Assembly (NCBI GenBank): GCA_963663385.2
Contig: CAXXXD010000002.1
Span: forward strand, 1,536,001-1,600,000
Direction of reading: 5' to 3'
DNA: 64,000 bases
Source of the DNA: Oceanispirochaeta sp.
GTDB lineage: Bacteria; Spirochaetota; Spirochaetia; DSM-2461
This document shows, one piece after another, positions 10,435 through 21,258 of this stretch; the first letter of the stretch is position 1; every line of letters starts with the position of its first letter. The notes below the pieces were generated by a model. That model was given only the letters and a program-made list of their open reading frames with translations. It made no database searches and had not been told where the DNA came from. Made by a program: the position numbers and the translations under genes.

Positions 10435-10992
10435 ATGGCTGAAGATGATATTGAATTAGGAAATGCACTGGAAGGCGCCACCCCTGAAGATCTGGGTGAA
10501 AGTAAAAAGAAACGCTTTGTCTCAGATAGAATCGCCCGGATTCTGGTTTATATAGCTTCGGGAATTATAGCAATACTATTGACGATTACTATCAGCGTCA
10601 TTACTTTTCGGGTTTTGGATAAGGGAAGTATAAACAGGAGTTTTGCTGAAGTTTCCAAAGAGTATGAAACCATACCCGAGCCCTATATCTATTTTACTAT
10701 GATACCTCAGATCCGGGGGGTTACCCGGGATCAGTCCCCCCATTCCATAATCGTGAAGGTTGAGATCGGATACAAGGAAGGAGAGCCCCAGGTTCAGACT
10801 GAACTGGTAGCCCGTACCGCTCAGTTAACCGATATTATCCGAAATTATTTCAGTCAGAAAACCGCTGCAGAACTGGCTCCCGAAAGAGAGCATATTATAA
10901 AAACCGAACTGAAAGATTTGATTAACAGAGTTCTAAGCCAGGGGAAGGTTCAGGATATTATATTTCCGGAACTCCAGGTTTATGAATTCTGA
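10435..10992 (+). CDS. fliL: Flagellar basal body protein FliL
   Basis: Single TM helix, QLTDIIRNYFSQKTAAEL, LKDLINRVL; before fliM. Confidence 0.93.
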   Translation: MAEDDIELGNALEGATPEDLGESKKKRFVSDRIARILVYIASGIIAILLTITISVITFRVLDKGSINRSFAEVSKEYETIPEPYIYFTMIPQIRGVTRDQSPHSIIVKVEIGYKEGEPQVQTELVARTAQLTDIIRNYFSQKTAAELAPEREHIIKTELKDLINRVLSQGKVQDIIFPELQVYEF

Positions 10993-11010
10993 TTGTAACG
11001 GGGTAAGGAT

Positions 11011-12039
11011 ATGACAGAAGTCCTGTCTCAGGATGAAATAGATCAGCTGCTCACTGCCATATCTGCGGGTGATTCTGAACCTGAAGAAGCACAGCAGGTT
11101 GCAGAACGGAAAAATATCCGTATCTGGGATTTCAGGCGTCCTGACAAATTCTCAAAGGAGCAGATCCGTACAGTTTCATTCATGCATGAAACCTTTGCCC
11201 GTTTGACCACCACTTCCCTCTCCGCCCAGCTGCGGAGTCTTGTTAATGTGCATGTAGCATCGGTTGATCAGCTGACATACGAAGAGTTTATACGATCCAT
11301 ACCGTCTCCTACAGCTCTCGCGGTTATAAACATGGATCCCCTGAAGGGGTCTGCCGTACTGGAGATTGACCCTGCTGTTACGTTCTCCATTATTGACCGC
11401 CTTTTCGGTGGAACCGGCGAGGGTTCCAAGATCAACAGAGAGCTTTCTGAGATCGAGCGGACCGTAATGGAATCCATTATTGTCCGTATTCTGGGAAATA
11501 TGCGGGAAGCATGGAGTCAGGTTATCGATCTCCGTCCCCGGCTGGGGCAGATTGAAACAAACCCCCAGTTTGCCCAGATTGTACCTCCCACAGAAATGGT
11601 CGTTCTGGTAACACTGGAAACCAAAGTGGAGGATGTGGAAGGTATGATGAACTTCTGCATCCCCTATCTGACCATAGAGCCGATCATTTCAAAGCTGTCG
11701 GCCCAGTATTACTACTCTTCCATCAGAAGAGGAACAACAACGGAAAACCTGAACATCCTGAGAGAAAGGCTCTCTTCAATCGGCGTCCCCATTATGGCGG
11801 AGGTCGGAGGAATCCAGCTTACCATGAGGGATGTCCTTTCCATAAAGCACGGCGATGTTATCCGCCTGTCCAATACGAGCATCAACGACCCTATGATTCT
11901 GAAAATCGGGAACAAGGCAAAGTTTGAATGCCGGCCCGGTGCGGTGGGGAAGAAGATTGCCGTCCAGGTTACCCGTAAAATTGAAGATATTGATCAGACG
12001 GACTTTGAAGAACTGGCCGTTGAAGGAGATGAAGAATGA
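11011..12039 (+). CDS. fliM: Flagellar motor switch protein FliM
   Basis: LSQDEIDQLL CheY-binding peptide, DFRRPDKFSKEQ, ETNPQFAQIV. Confidence 0.98.
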   Translation: MTEVLSQDEIDQLLTAISAGDSEPEEAQQVAERKNIRIWDFRRPDKFSKEQIRTVSFMHETFARLTTTSLSAQLRSLVNVHVASVDQLTYEEFIRSIPSPTALAVINMDPLKGSAVLEIDPAVTFSIIDRLFGGTGEGSKINRELSEIERTVMESIIVRILGNMREAWSQVIDLRPRLGQIETNPQFAQIVPPTEMVVLVTLETKVEDVEGMMNFCIPYLTIEPIISKLSAQYYYSSIRRGTTTENLNILRERLSSIGVPIMAEVGGIQLTMRDVLSIKHGDVIRLSNTSINDPMILKIGNKAKFECRPGAVGKKIAVQVTRKIEDIDQTDFEELAVEGDEE

Positions 12040-13292
12040 GTGATGGTTCCCTCTCTCAGGATGAAATAGATGCTCTGTTGATGGGCAATGACTCTCTGGG
12101 CGGTTCCGATACGGGAGCTGATGCCGGCGGTGGAGCCGGTCTCGGATTTGATCAGATTCAGGTTTTGAACGGGTTGTTCGGTGATGTGGCCAGGACCCTG
12201 AGCGCCACAATGACCGGCATTATGTCTACTGCTGTAACAATAGGCGCGCCTGAAATTTCCTCTCTGTCACGGAACGAAGTGATGGGGCAGTTGAGCGACG
12301 AAGTGGTTGAAGTCAAAATGGACTTCAACCAGGGACTGTCGGGCGGACATATTTTTATCTTCTCACCCGAAAATGCCGTGAAAATAGCCGGCCCCATGAT
12401 TGGTCAGAGTGATGTGGAACTGGACGGAACAGCTATAAGCGCCGTGGGCGAAGCTGTTTCCCAGCTGACCGGAGCAGAAGTTACAACCATCGGCGATATG
12501 GTGAGCGCTAATATCATGACTATATCTCCGGAGAGTCAGAAAGTGGCCAAAGGACTTATTTCTGTAGGAGGAGATTCTCTCGTACAGTTAAAATATCCAG
12601 TTACAATTGACGGGCAGGGAGCTCTGGAAATGATTGAGATTCTGGAACTTCCGGTAGCTCAGTCTCTGGCTGATAAACTGGGATCAGCCGGCGGATCGAC
12701 TCTGGATATGATGGCCGGTCTGGGTGATATGGGAATGCCCCAGCAGCAGATGGGCGGTATGGGAATGCCCCAGCAGCAGATGGGCGGCATGGGAATGGGC
12801 ATGTCTCAGCAGCAGATGGGCGGCATGGGAATGCCCCAGCAGCAGATGGGCGGTATGGGAATGCCCCAGCAGCAGATGGGCGGCATGGGAATGGGCATGT
12901 CTCAGCAGCAGATGGGCGGTATGGGAATGGGCATGCCTCAGCAGCAGATGAACCCCTATATGACCCCTCAGCAGGCTCCTAATGTACAGGGGGTGCAGTT
13001 TCCCGAATTCAGTACGAATATTTCTCCCTCGGAACAGAGGAATATCGGGTTGCTCATGGATGTATCCATGGAGCTTACCGTAGAACTGGGGCGTACGAAA
13101 TGGCAGATCAAGGATATCCTCGGTATTGGAGAAGGAACCATTATCGAGCTGGATAAACTGGCAGGAGAACCTGTGGATATCCTTGTAAACAACAACCTGA
13201 TCGCCAAGGGCGAGGTTGTGGTAATTGATGAAAACTTCGGTGTGCGTGTTACCGACATTGTTTCCAACCTTGACAGGGTAGGAGAGAATTAA
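12036..13292 (+). CDS. fliY: Flagellar motor switch protein FliY/FliN with an M/G/Q-rich repeat linker
   Basis: LSQDEIDALL N-terminus, CheC-like middle domain, C-terminal FliN domain (LDKLAGEPVDILVN...GEVVVIDENFGVRV). Confidence 0.95.
   Translation: MSDGSLSQDEIDALLMGNDSLGGSDTGADAGGGAGLGFDQIQVLNGLFGDVARTLSATMTGIMSTAVTIGAPEISSLSRNEVMGQLSDEVVEVKMDFNQGLSGGHIFIFSPENAVKIAGPMIGQSDVELDGTAISAVGEAVSQLTGAEVTTIGDMVSANIMTISPESQKVAKGLISVGGDSLVQLKYPVTIDGQGALEMIEILELPVAQSLADKLGSAGGSTLDMMAGLGDMGMPQQQMGGMGMPQQQMGGMGMGMSQQQMGGMGMPQQQMGGMGMPQQQMGGMGMGMSQQQMGGMGMGMPQQQMNPYMTPQQAPNVQGVQFPEFSTNISPSEQRNIGLLMDVSMELTVELGRTKWQIKDILGIGEGTIIELDKLAGEPVDILVNNNLIAKGEVVVIDENFGVRVTDIVSNLDRVGEN
12729..12950 (+). repeat. Coding tandem repeat in fliY: seven 30/36-bp units, with a 96-bp block duplicated
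   Basis: ATGGGAATG(GGCATG)(C/T)C(C/T)CAGCAGCAGATGGGCGG(T/C) units; 12729-12824 and 12825-12920 differ at one base. Confidence 0.95.
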
Positions 13293-13334
13293 AGTATAAC
13301 CGATTAAATAAGTGGAACTTTTGGGAGGGGGACA

Positions 13335-13946
13335 CTGAAAAAACTACTATTGCTTCTCATTATTGCAGGAACAGCGGGATTCTCTTATGCACAGGAAACA
13401 GCGGAGGCCGGAGCTGCCGCTGGTGTTGTGGATGAATCATCCCTTATTCTATTTCCGGAGGATTCGTCTTCCGGGGGTGATACGGCGGCACTGGAACAGC
13501 CTGCTCCTTCATCGGTCGGGATAGGTGACCTTGTACGGGTTGTTCTGGTTCTGGCCGGTGTTGTGGGGATTATTTATCTTCTTGTCTATTTTCTGAAAAG
13601 ATTCTCTCCTCTTGCAGAGAATGAAGAGGACCAGATAGGTATTATTGCCACCAGGCATCTGAAAAAAGATTCATCCCTTCATCTGATTGAAGTGGGGAAT
13701 CAGGTTTTTCTGATAGGATCGGGTACAAACAGCGTTTCCCTGATTTCTGAAATTACCGATAAGGAAACTCTGGACAGGCTTCACCTGGAAACTTCAGCCG
13801 AAAATACAGCTGTCAGGGGGAGCAGTTTCAGAAACCTGATTGCCAGGAATTTTTCCAGGAAAGATACAAGGGGAATAAGCGAACAGTCTCCCGATTTTTT
13901 AAGGCAGCAGAGGGACCGGCTCCGCAAACTGCGGGAGGAAGAATGA
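13335..13946 (+). CDS. fliO: Flagellar biosynthesis protein FliO/FliZ (probable CTG start at 13335)
   Basis: Signal-like N-terminus, TM helix, SLHLIEVGNQVFLIG...VSLISEI motif; before fliP. Confidence 0.88.
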   Translation: MKKLLLLLIIAGTAGFSYAQETAEAGAAAGVVDESSLILFPEDSSSGGDTAALEQPAPSSVGIGDLVRVVLVLAGVVGIIYLLVYFLKRFSPLAENEEDQIGIIATRHLKKDSSLHLIEVGNQVFLIGSGTNSVSLISEITDKETLDRLHLETSAENTAVRGSSFRNLIARNFSRKDTRGISEQSPDFLRQQRDRLRKLREEE

Positions 13947-14749
13947 AACGTCTTTTCATGATACTGCTGCTGGCTCTCTTCACGATACCCCTGTTTGCCC
14001 AGCAGACGCAGAGCGGTCTTGCTTCAACTCCGCCGGCCGCCGAAGATGGCGAGCGGGATGGTATTCTGGATATTCCATTTGTAGATCTGATGGTCCGTCA
14101 GCCCCAGAGTAACCAGGAGGTCGCTTTATCCATTCAGCTCCTTCTGCTTCTGACTCTGCTCTCTCTGGCTCCGTCCATTCTTATACTGACAACATCATTT
14201 CTGCGTGTTTCCATCGTTCTGGACTTTATTAAAAGAGCCTTGTCCCTGCAGCAGGTTCCGCCAGCCAGTCTGCTTATGGGTATAGCTCTTTTTCTTACCC
14301 TGTTCATAATGTGGCCGGTTTTTGATCAGATCTATACCGAGTCGTTTCGTCCTTTTGCGGATGGTGAGATTGGAATAGAGGAAATGTACGAAAGAGCCGA
14401 GAATCCCATCCGATATTTCATGTATCAGCAATTGAAGGATAATCCGGACAACATTGAACTGTTTATGACCATGCGGGGGCTGGACCGGCCCGAAACATTT
14501 GCGGATGTCCCGACATATATTGTTATTCCCGCATTTGTCCTGAACGAACTGACCATAGCCTTTAAAATCGGGATTCTGCTCTATATCCCTTTTATAATTA
14601 TCGATATGGTTGTCGCTTCGGTGCTTATGTCCATGGGTATGATTATGCTGCCCCCTGTTATGATCTCCATGCCATTCAAACTGATTCTGTTTGTTCTGGT
14701 TGACGGCTGGAGTCTTCTGACAAGGCAGCTTGTCATGAGCTTTATGTAA
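13943..14749 (+). CDS. fliP: Flagellar export gate protein FliP
   Basis: LSLAPSILILTTSFLR, PFIIIDMVVASVLMSMGMIMLPP, LFVLVDGW. Confidence 0.98.
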   Translation: MKRLFMILLLALFTIPLFAQQTQSGLASTPPAAEDGERDGILDIPFVDLMVRQPQSNQEVALSIQLLLLLTLLSLAPSILILTTSFLRVSIVLDFIKRALSLQQVPPASLLMGIALFLTLFIMWPVFDQIYTESFRPFADGEIGIEEMYERAENPIRYFMYQQLKDNPDNIELFMTMRGLDRPETFADVPTYIVIPAFVLNELTIAFKIGILLYIPFIIIDMVVASVLMSMGMIMLPPVMISMPFKLILFVLVDGWSLLTRQLVMSFM

Positions 14750-14771
14750 ATTCAGGTTTTAAGGAGGTTTT

Positions 14772-15041
14772 ATGTCAATCGGTTTTGTCGTTACCCTTTT
14801 AAGGAATTCAGTTCTTCAAACCCTTATTCTCGCTTCTCCGGTTCTTCTTGTAGCCATGACAGTAGGGCTTGTGATCTCTATTTTTCAGGCTACTACCTCC
14901 ATACAGGATCAGTCTCTTACTTTTGTACCGAAAATTCTGGCGATTTTTCTGACCCTTGGTCTGGCCGGGTCCTGGATGATTAACCTTCTTATGAACTATA
15001 CGGTCACTCTTTTTGAACTGATTCCCTCAATGGCTGGTTGA
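14772..15041 (+). CDS. fliQ: Flagellar export gate protein FliQ
   Basis: GLVISIFQATTSIQDQSLTFVPKI. Confidence 0.98.
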   Translation: MSIGFVVTLLRNSVLQTLILASPVLLVAMTVGLVISIFQATTSIQDQSLTFVPKILAIFLTLGLAGSWMINLLMNYTVTLFELIPSMAG

Positions 15042-15065
15042 TTTGATGCGGAACGGACATAGAAT

Positions 15066-15866
15066 ATGATTTTTAATGAGATGATAACAAATCTGCAGCT
15101 CTATTTTCTCATCTTTGCCCGTGTTTTCGCTCTTTTTATGGTAGCCCCTGTCCTGTACTCAACGGGTATCCCTGCTATGGCAAGAGGCGGACTGGCTCTT
15201 TTTACAGCTGTAGCCGTCTATCCCATGGTCAGCACCCTGGGCTACAGTATCCCTGAAGACGGCCTGACCTTTACCTTCCTCCTGATTTCAGAAGCGCTGA
15301 CGGGAGTTCTCATCGGGCTTTTTCTGCAGATCATCTTTGCTATTTTTCAACTGGCAGGTCAAATGTTCTCAGTGCAGATGGGTTTCGGAGCTTCCTCATC
15401 TTTTGATCCCCTGGCTCAGGTTGAAATCCCCCTTGTCGGTCAGATGTTCAACTTGATGGGTATTTTTGTTTTTATTGTTTCCGGCAGTATTCAAAAGCTT
15501 TTTCTTACAGGAATCTATCGTTCCTTTATGGCCATGAAGGGGGATCAACTGATGAATAATCCCGGCTTCCTGTCCGACGGACTGATTAATGCTCTGGCCC
15601 AGCTCTTCGAGCAGTCCATTCTGATAGCCATTCCCATGATGGGCACTCTTCTGATGGTTTCTGTTACCATGGGGCTTCTGGCTAAAGCGGCTCCCCAGAT
15701 GAATCTGATGATGGTGGGATTCCCTATCCAGATTTCGGTCGGTTTTCTGCTGATTATGATGTCTGCTCCCTTTCTGATGGAGAAGATGGTCATGGTAATT
15801 GAAAACGGCTTCAGTCAGGTTGAGGAACTGCTAAGACTTTACCATCTGGAAGGAGCTAATCTATGA
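15066..15866 (+). CDS. fliR: Flagellar export gate protein FliR
   Basis: AGQMFSVQMGFG...FDP, GLLAKAAPQMN...GFP. Confidence 0.96.
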   Translation: MIFNEMITNLQLYFLIFARVFALFMVAPVLYSTGIPAMARGGLALFTAVAVYPMVSTLGYSIPEDGLTFTFLLISEALTGVLIGLFLQIIFAIFQLAGQMFSVQMGFGASSSFDPLAQVEIPLVGQMFNLMGIFVFIVSGSIQKLFLTGIYRSFMAMKGDQLMNNPGFLSDGLINALAQLFEQSILIAIPMMGTLLMVSVTMGLLAKAAPQMNLMMVGFPIQISVGFLLIMMSAPFLMEKMVMVIENGFSQVEELLRLYHLEGANL

Positions 15867-17059
15867 TTTCCATCATAGATCGGCCCGGGCTGGCAGAAAA
15901 TCCTGCGGCGGGAACCGGACAATTCATTTTTCTGACAAACATCCCCTCCTTGAAGGACGAGAGTCGTTATGCCCTTCATATGCAGTGGTTTGCCGCAGAG
16001 GATGAGGGGCGAACCGAGGATCCGACCGAGCAGAAAATCAGGAAGGCCCGGGAAGAGGGGAAGGTTGCCAAATCATCCGATCTGACAGCATCTGTTGTTC
16101 TCCTGTTCCCGCTGATTCTCATAGCCATACTCAGTCCCTGGATGATCCGAACCATGAAGAGCATGATTCTGTTTTTTATTACCCAGAGTATGGAGACGGA
16201 TGTGACCACCGCCGGCACAATTTCCAGGGCCTTTGTCAGTTATTTTATGAAACTGACCCTTCCTGTTATGGGGGTCGCCTTTCTTTCGGCTTTTCTGGGG
16301 AATCTGTTTCAGGTGGGATTTCTGTTTTCTACTAAAGCCATTGAACCCAAATTCGACAAGATATCACCAAATGTCATCAAGTGGCTGCAGCGGGTTATGT
16401 TCTCTATGGAAGGCTTGTTCAATATGGCGAAATCCCTGTTGAAAATTGCCATTATCGCTGTACTTGCCTTCTGGAATATCAGCCGGAAAATTCCGGAAAT
16501 CACCAATCTTGTTTATGCTACGCTTCCGGAGGCGGCCGGACTGATTGCAGGGCTGGCTTTTACTCTGATGATAGAGGCAGCGGTGATTCTGCTTATTCTT
16601 TCTCTGCCGGACTACCTTTTTCAGAGGCATCAGCACAGGGAATCCCTGAAGATGACAAGGCATGAAGTAAAGGAAGAGATGAAGCAGTCCGAAGGGGATC
16701 CTCAGATAAAGGGGCGCCTCAGGCAGAAAATGCGGGAACTCCTCACCAATCAGATGATGTCGAATGTTCCCAACGCGGATGTGGTTATTACCAACCCGAC
16801 CCACTATGCTGTGGCACTGGAATACAAACAGGAATCCATGACGGCTCCCAGAGTCAGTGCAAAGGGGATGGACGAAGTCGCCCAGAGAATTAAAAAAATC
16901 GCAAGGGAAAATGATGTTCCCATACTGGAAAACAAACCGCTGGCCCGGGCTCTGCATGCCAATGTGGAAATCGGCGATGAAATACCCGAGGAGTACTACA
17001 CGGTTGTGTCGGGCATCCTCGTTAAGATATACGAAATGAGCGGGAAAATCCCCAGTTAG
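15863..17059 (+). CDS. flhB: Flagellar export switch protein FlhB
   Basis: RTEDPT...KAREEG, EGDPQIK, NPTH autocleavage site. Confidence 0.97.
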   Translation: MISIIDRPGLAENPAAGTGQFIFLTNIPSLKDESRYALHMQWFAAEDEGRTEDPTEQKIRKAREEGKVAKSSDLTASVVLLFPLILIAILSPWMIRTMKSMILFFITQSMETDVTTAGTISRAFVSYFMKLTLPVMGVAFLSAFLGNLFQVGFLFSTKAIEPKFDKISPNVIKWLQRVMFSMEGLFNMAKSLLKIAIIAVLAFWNISRKIPEITNLVYATLPEAAGLIAGLAFTLMIEAAVILLILSLPDYLFQRHQHRESLKMTRHEVKEEMKQSEGDPQIKGRLRQKMRELLTNQMMSNVPNADVVITNPTHYAVALEYKQESMTAPRVSAKGMDEVAQRIKKIARENDVPILENKPLARALHANVEIGDEIPEEYYTVVSGILVKIYEMSGKIPS

Positions 17060-17084
17060 GGGTATCCCATAAAGGAAGTGTAAA

Positions 17085-19163
17085 ATGGCTTTGCAGGATC
17101 AGGTGCGAAAACTGCTTAGTAGTAATAACAGTGACATGCTGGTTGCTGTGGGAGTCCTCACGGTAGTGATTATGATGATCATACCGCTGCCGACTTTTCT
17201 ACTCGATACATTTATGATTCTCAATATAATGCTGAGTCTGATGATTGTACTGATCGTGATGTACAATAAGGACCCTCTGGAATTTTCCATCTTTCCGACC
17301 ATGCTTCTTATTTCAACAGTCTTCTCTCTGGCTTTGAATATTTCCTCCACCAGGCTGATACTCACCAAGGGGGAACTGTTTCAGGGAAAGATTGTCCGGG
17401 CATTCGCCACATTCGTAGTCGGTACGACAGGCCGGGAAGGTATTGTTGTCGGTATTATCATCTTTATAATTATCGTGGCTGTGCAGTTTATGGTTATTAC
17501 CAAAGGTGCAACCCGTGTTTCCGAAGTAGCCGCCCGTTTTGCTCTGGATGCCATGCCCGGAAAACAGATGGCTATTGAAGCGGAATTGAATTCCGGCGCC
17601 ATCACGGAAGAGGAATCCCGCAGGCGGAAAGACCATCTTCAGCGCTCGGTCGACTTCTACGGAGCTATGGACGGTGCGTCCAAATTTGTATCGGGTAATG
17701 TAAAAGTCGGAATTGTCATAACCCTGATCAATATTATTGGGGGGTTGATTGTAGGGATCTCCATTCATCGGGAACCTTTTACTTCTGCCCTCTCCACCTA
17801 TACCACCCTGACGATCGGTGACGGACTTGTCTCTCAGGTACCGGCTCTTCTGATATCGGTTGCCACAGGTCTGGTTGTAACCCGGTCAATATCCGAAGGA
17901 ACCTTTGGCGAGGATGTTACGAATCAGTTTACCTCTCAGGCCAGGATTTACGGGATCGCTGCCGGGTTCCTGATTCTGCTGGGGGTTTTGCCGGGATTTC
18001 CCTGGTATCTTCTTCTTCCTCTGGGCGGTCTTTCGGCCTATACTGCCTATCGTCTGAGCCGTAGGAAAGTGGAGGAGAAACTTAAAGCCGAAGAGGTTGC
18101 GGCGGAAGGGGAAAAGGAAGCTCCTGCCGAAATGTCCCCGGTTGTGCCTTTTGATCCACTGTCTCTCGAGCTGGGGTATGGTTTGATTCCCCTTGTAGAC
18201 AAGGATCAGGGGGCTGAACTCCTGGAGCGGATTACACGGATCAGAAAAGAAGCGGCCCTTGATCTGGGACTCGTTGTTCCCCGTATTCGCATTATAGATA
18301 ATATGCGTCTGGAGCCTTCCGAATACTGCCTGAAAATCAAGGGAGTGGAAGTCGGCAGAGGACTGATCCGGGTTGACCATTATATGGCCATCAATCCGGG
18401 AGGAGAACGGGAACCCCTGGACGGGGAAACAACCAGGGACCCCGCCTTCGGGCTCTCTGCTGTGTGGATTTCAGGGGATCAGCGTGATATTGCCGAAAGA
18501 GAGGGGTATACTGTAGTAGATCCTCCGTCCATAATCGCCACTCATTTGACGGAAATTATTAAACGTCACGCTCCGGAGATTCTGGGGCGTCAGGAGGTTC
18601 AGGCTATGCTGGATGCTCTCAAGGAAGACTATTCAGCTGTTGTTGAAGAGACCAGAAAAATATTCGGTCCCGGAGAGGTTCAGAAGGTTCTGCAGAATCT
18701 TCTGAAAGAGCAGGTTTCCATACGGAATCTGGTGATGATTCTGGAATCCATGAGCGACTACGGTACTATTACCAAGGAAGCCGGATTCCTGACAGAAAAA
18801 GTACGGCAAACCCTTGGAAGACAGATATGTTTGCAGTATGCTACAGAAGAGAAAGAACTGAAGGTGCTTACAATAGATCCGGCTGTCGAGCAGAGTATTA
18901 TCGATTCAAGAATGGAGACGGGAAAAGGAGATATTGCTGCGTTGGATCCTGATTTTCAGAGGGCCTGGATTAATGCCGTTGCCAACAATGTCCGGACGAT
19001 TCAGGAGATGGGGTACTATCCTGTTCTTCTGACCAGTGAAGCGGCAAGACCACTGGTTAAATCCTCCACTCTCCGATCCATGCCGGATCTTGCGGTTCTC
19101 TCTGTACCGGAAGTGGTCAACGATATAAGCATAGAGTCTCTCGGCGTAATCGCTGTGGGTTGA
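17085..19163 (+). CDS. flhA: Flagellar export protein FlhA
   Basis: RVSEVAARFALDAMPGKQMAI, DFYGAMDGASKFV. Confidence 0.98.
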   Translation: MALQDQVRKLLSSNNSDMLVAVGVLTVVIMMIIPLPTFLLDTFMILNIMLSLMIVLIVMYNKDPLEFSIFPTMLLISTVFSLALNISSTRLILTKGELFQGKIVRAFATFVVGTTGREGIVVGIIIFIIIVAVQFMVITKGATRVSEVAARFALDAMPGKQMAIEAELNSGAITEEESRRRKDHLQRSVDFYGAMDGASKFVSGNVKVGIVITLINIIGGLIVGISIHREPFTSALSTYTTLTIGDGLVSQVPALLISVATGLVVTRSISEGTFGEDVTNQFTSQARIYGIAAGFLILLGVLPGFPWYLLLPLGGLSAYTAYRLSRRKVEEKLKAEEVAAEGEKEAPAEMSPVVPFDPLSLELGYGLIPLVDKDQGAELLERITRIRKEAALDLGLVVPRIRIIDNMRLEPSEYCLKIKGVEVGRGLIRVDHYMAINPGGEREPLDGETTRDPAFGLSAVWISGDQRDIAEREGYTVVDPPSIIATHLTEIIKRHAPEILGRQEVQAMLDALKEDYSAVVEETRKIFGPGEVQKVLQNLLKEQVSIRNLVMILESMSDYGTITKEAGFLTEKVRQTLGRQICLQYATEEKELKVLTIDPAVEQSIIDSRMETGKGDIAALDPDFQRAWINAVANNVRTIQEMGYYPVLLTSEAARPLVKSSTLRSMPDLAVLSVPEVVNDISIESLGVIAVG

Positions 19164-19180
19164 ATGGAATAAAAGGCAGG

Positions 19181-20365
19181 ATGATGGAGCAACATTTTAC
19201 GGAAACCGGTTTAAGCCATAAAGAGGTTGTAACCCGTATTCGAATGAAGTACGGGGACCGGGCTAAAATTATGTTTTACAAGAACATAAGGATAGGCGGT
19301 TTTCTGGGTATGTTTACAAAAGAGGGTGTGGAGTATACCGGTTATATTACGGACACACCGGCGGCAAACAGAAAAGAGGCGGATGAGAAGAGCAAGAAAG
19401 AGATTCTCTCAATGACTCAGACTCAGAAAGGATCGACCATAGATCAGGTTCTGAAAGAAGTACAGCAGCTGAAGGAACGCTTTGAGACAGGACCCGTCTT
19501 TCAGGAAACCCCGGATCTTCATCCTTCCCTTGAAAAAATGAAGGCCCTTCTGCTGGAAAACGGTTTTTCCGCAGATTACACCAAAGATATGATTGCCCGC
19601 CTGAAAAGGGAATTTTCCCTGGAGGATCTGGAACAGACGCTTCTTCTGGAAGAGACTGTTATGGAATGGATAGGTGAATCCATACAGATCTATCAGGAAG
19701 TCCCCGCTCCTTCTCCCCGGGTTTTTGTTCTGGTCGGTCCTACGGGTGTCGGGAAAACAACAACTATTGCCAAGCTGGCGGCAATAAACGGCATCACCTC
19801 CGGACAATCCCTTTCTGTGTGTATGATTACAATTGATAATTACAGGATCGGAGCCCGTACTCAGATTGAAACCTACGGGGATATAATGGGAATCCCTGTT
19901 TTTACAGCGGAATCCTTCCAGGACCTGAAAGAAAAGATTGAAATAAATCAGGATCAGGATCTGATTCTGGTGGATACCATTGGAAAGAGCCCCCGTGATT
20001 TCATGAAACTGGCGGAAATGAGGACTATCGTGGATGCCTGCGGTCAGAACAGTGAAATTCACCTGGCCATTTCGGCAACCACAAAAGATCAGGATATAAA
20101 AGAGATACTGGATCAGTTCGAACCGTTTCATTATAAAACGGTCATATTGACAAAACTGGATGAAACCACCAGAGTTGGCAACTTGATCAGTATTGTAACG
20201 GAAAGGAAAAAGCCTCTCTCCTTTTTAACGGATGGACAGGGTGTTCCCCAGGATATCTCCCGGGATGTACGGGGTAAACTTCTGGACTATCTGGTCGGAT
20301 TCAACTGTGATACCGAACAGATCGTCAGGAAGCTGGAAAAGAAATTTACAAAAGTGTGGAGCTGA
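19181..20365 (+). CDS. flhF: SRP-type GTPase FlhF
   Basis: [39 protein letters not shown] 19181. Confidence 0.96.
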   Translation: MMEQHFTETGLSHKEVVTRIRMKYGDRAKIMFYKNIRIGGFLGMFTKEGVEYTGYITDTPAANRKEADEKSKKEILSMTQTQKGSTIDQVLKEVQQLKERFETGPVFQETPDLHPSLEKMKALLLENGFSADYTKDMIARLKREFSLEDLEQTLLLEETVMEWIGESIQIYQEVPAPSPRVFVLVGPTGVGKTTTIAKLAAINGITSGQSLSVCMITIDNYRIGARTQIETYGDIMGIPVFTAESFQDLKEKIEINQDQDLILVDTIGKSPRDFMKLAEMRTIVDACGQNSEIHLAISATTKDQDIKEILDQFEPFHYKTVILTKLDETTRVGNLISIVTERKKPLSFLTDGQGVPQDISRDVRGKLLDYLVGFNCDTEQIVRKLEKKFTKVWS

Positions 20366-20369
20366 CAGG

Positions 20370-21257
20370 ATGCAGGATCAGGCAGAATTGTTGCGTGAGA
20401 TGATGAAGAATAAAGGGGCTGCCGGCGGAGCGGCAGGCAAAGCGGATGATCCGGGTAAAACGCGGATTATTACTGTTGCCAGCGGAAAAGGCGGTGTCGG
20501 AAAGACCAATATGTCCATTAATCTGGCGCTGGCTTATGCCAAAATGGGTAAAAAAGTCATTGTTCTGGATGCTGACCTGGGGTTGGCCAATGTCAATGTT
20601 GTTCTTGGAGTTATACCTAAATTCAATCTGTATCATGTTATCCGCAAGCAGAAAACCATGAAGGAAGTCATCCTGGATACAAACTATGGTATTCAGATTG
20701 TAGCCGGTGCATCCGGATTTTCCCGGGTGGCAAACCTGACAGATGATGAGCGCAGCAACTTTATTGAAGAGCTCTCCGAACTCTCTACGGCAGACATCAT
20801 CATTATTGATACCAGTGCCGGAGTGAGTCAGAACGTCCTGGCTTTTGTGGAAGCAGCTGACGAAATCCTGATTGTCACCACTCCGGAACCGACGTCCATT
20901 ACAGATGCCTACGGTATTATCAAGATAATAGCTACGGAAATTGAAAATCCGGATATGAGTATGAAACTGGTGGTCAACCGGGTGGCAAGTGTTACGGAAG
21001 CCAAGAAAGTTGCACAGAAAGTTATAAGTATTGCCGCTCAGTTTCTGAATCTGAAGGTGGATTATCTTGGTTTTGTTTACGAGGATACAGCTGTTCCTGC
21101 GGCTGTCCGGAAACAGCTTCCCTTCATGGTAGCCGATCCAAAGGGACAGGCTTCAATGTGTATGCAGTCTATTGTCAGCCGTCTGGAAAATGTTGAGTTC
21201 AAGGAAGGAAAAGGGGTTTCTCACTTTATCAGGCGTTTGATGCACCGAATGGAATAG
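20370..21257 (+). CDS. flhG: MinD-like ATPase FlhG
   Basis: MQDQAELLR start, [28 protein letters not shown]. Confidence 0.96.
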   Translation: MQDQAELLREMMKNKGAAGGAAGKADDPGKTRIITVASGKGGVGKTNMSINLALAYAKMGKKVIVLDADLGLANVNVVLGVIPKFNLYHVIRKQKTMKEVILDTNYGIQIVAGASGFSRVANLTDDERSNFIEELSELSTADIIIIDTSAGVSQNVLAFVEAADEILIVTTPEPTSITDAYGIIKIIATEIENPDMSMKLVVNRVASVTEAKKVAQKVISIAAQFLNLKVDYLGFVYEDTAVPAAVRKQLPFMVADPKGQASMCMQSIVSRLENVEFKEGKGVSHFIRRLMHRME

Positions 21258-21258
21258 G

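Noticed and set aside
12724..12951. CRISPR-like array or separate Trp/Cys-rich ORF in the fliY repeat
   Set aside because: Units abut without unique spacers and are in frame in fliY; the alternative ORF is a frame artefact; no cas genes seen
13270..13310. Sigma28 or sigma70 promoter between fliY and fliO
   Set aside because: TAAA and CCGAT are too close for sigma28, and TTGACA-TATAAC has a 19-nt spacer
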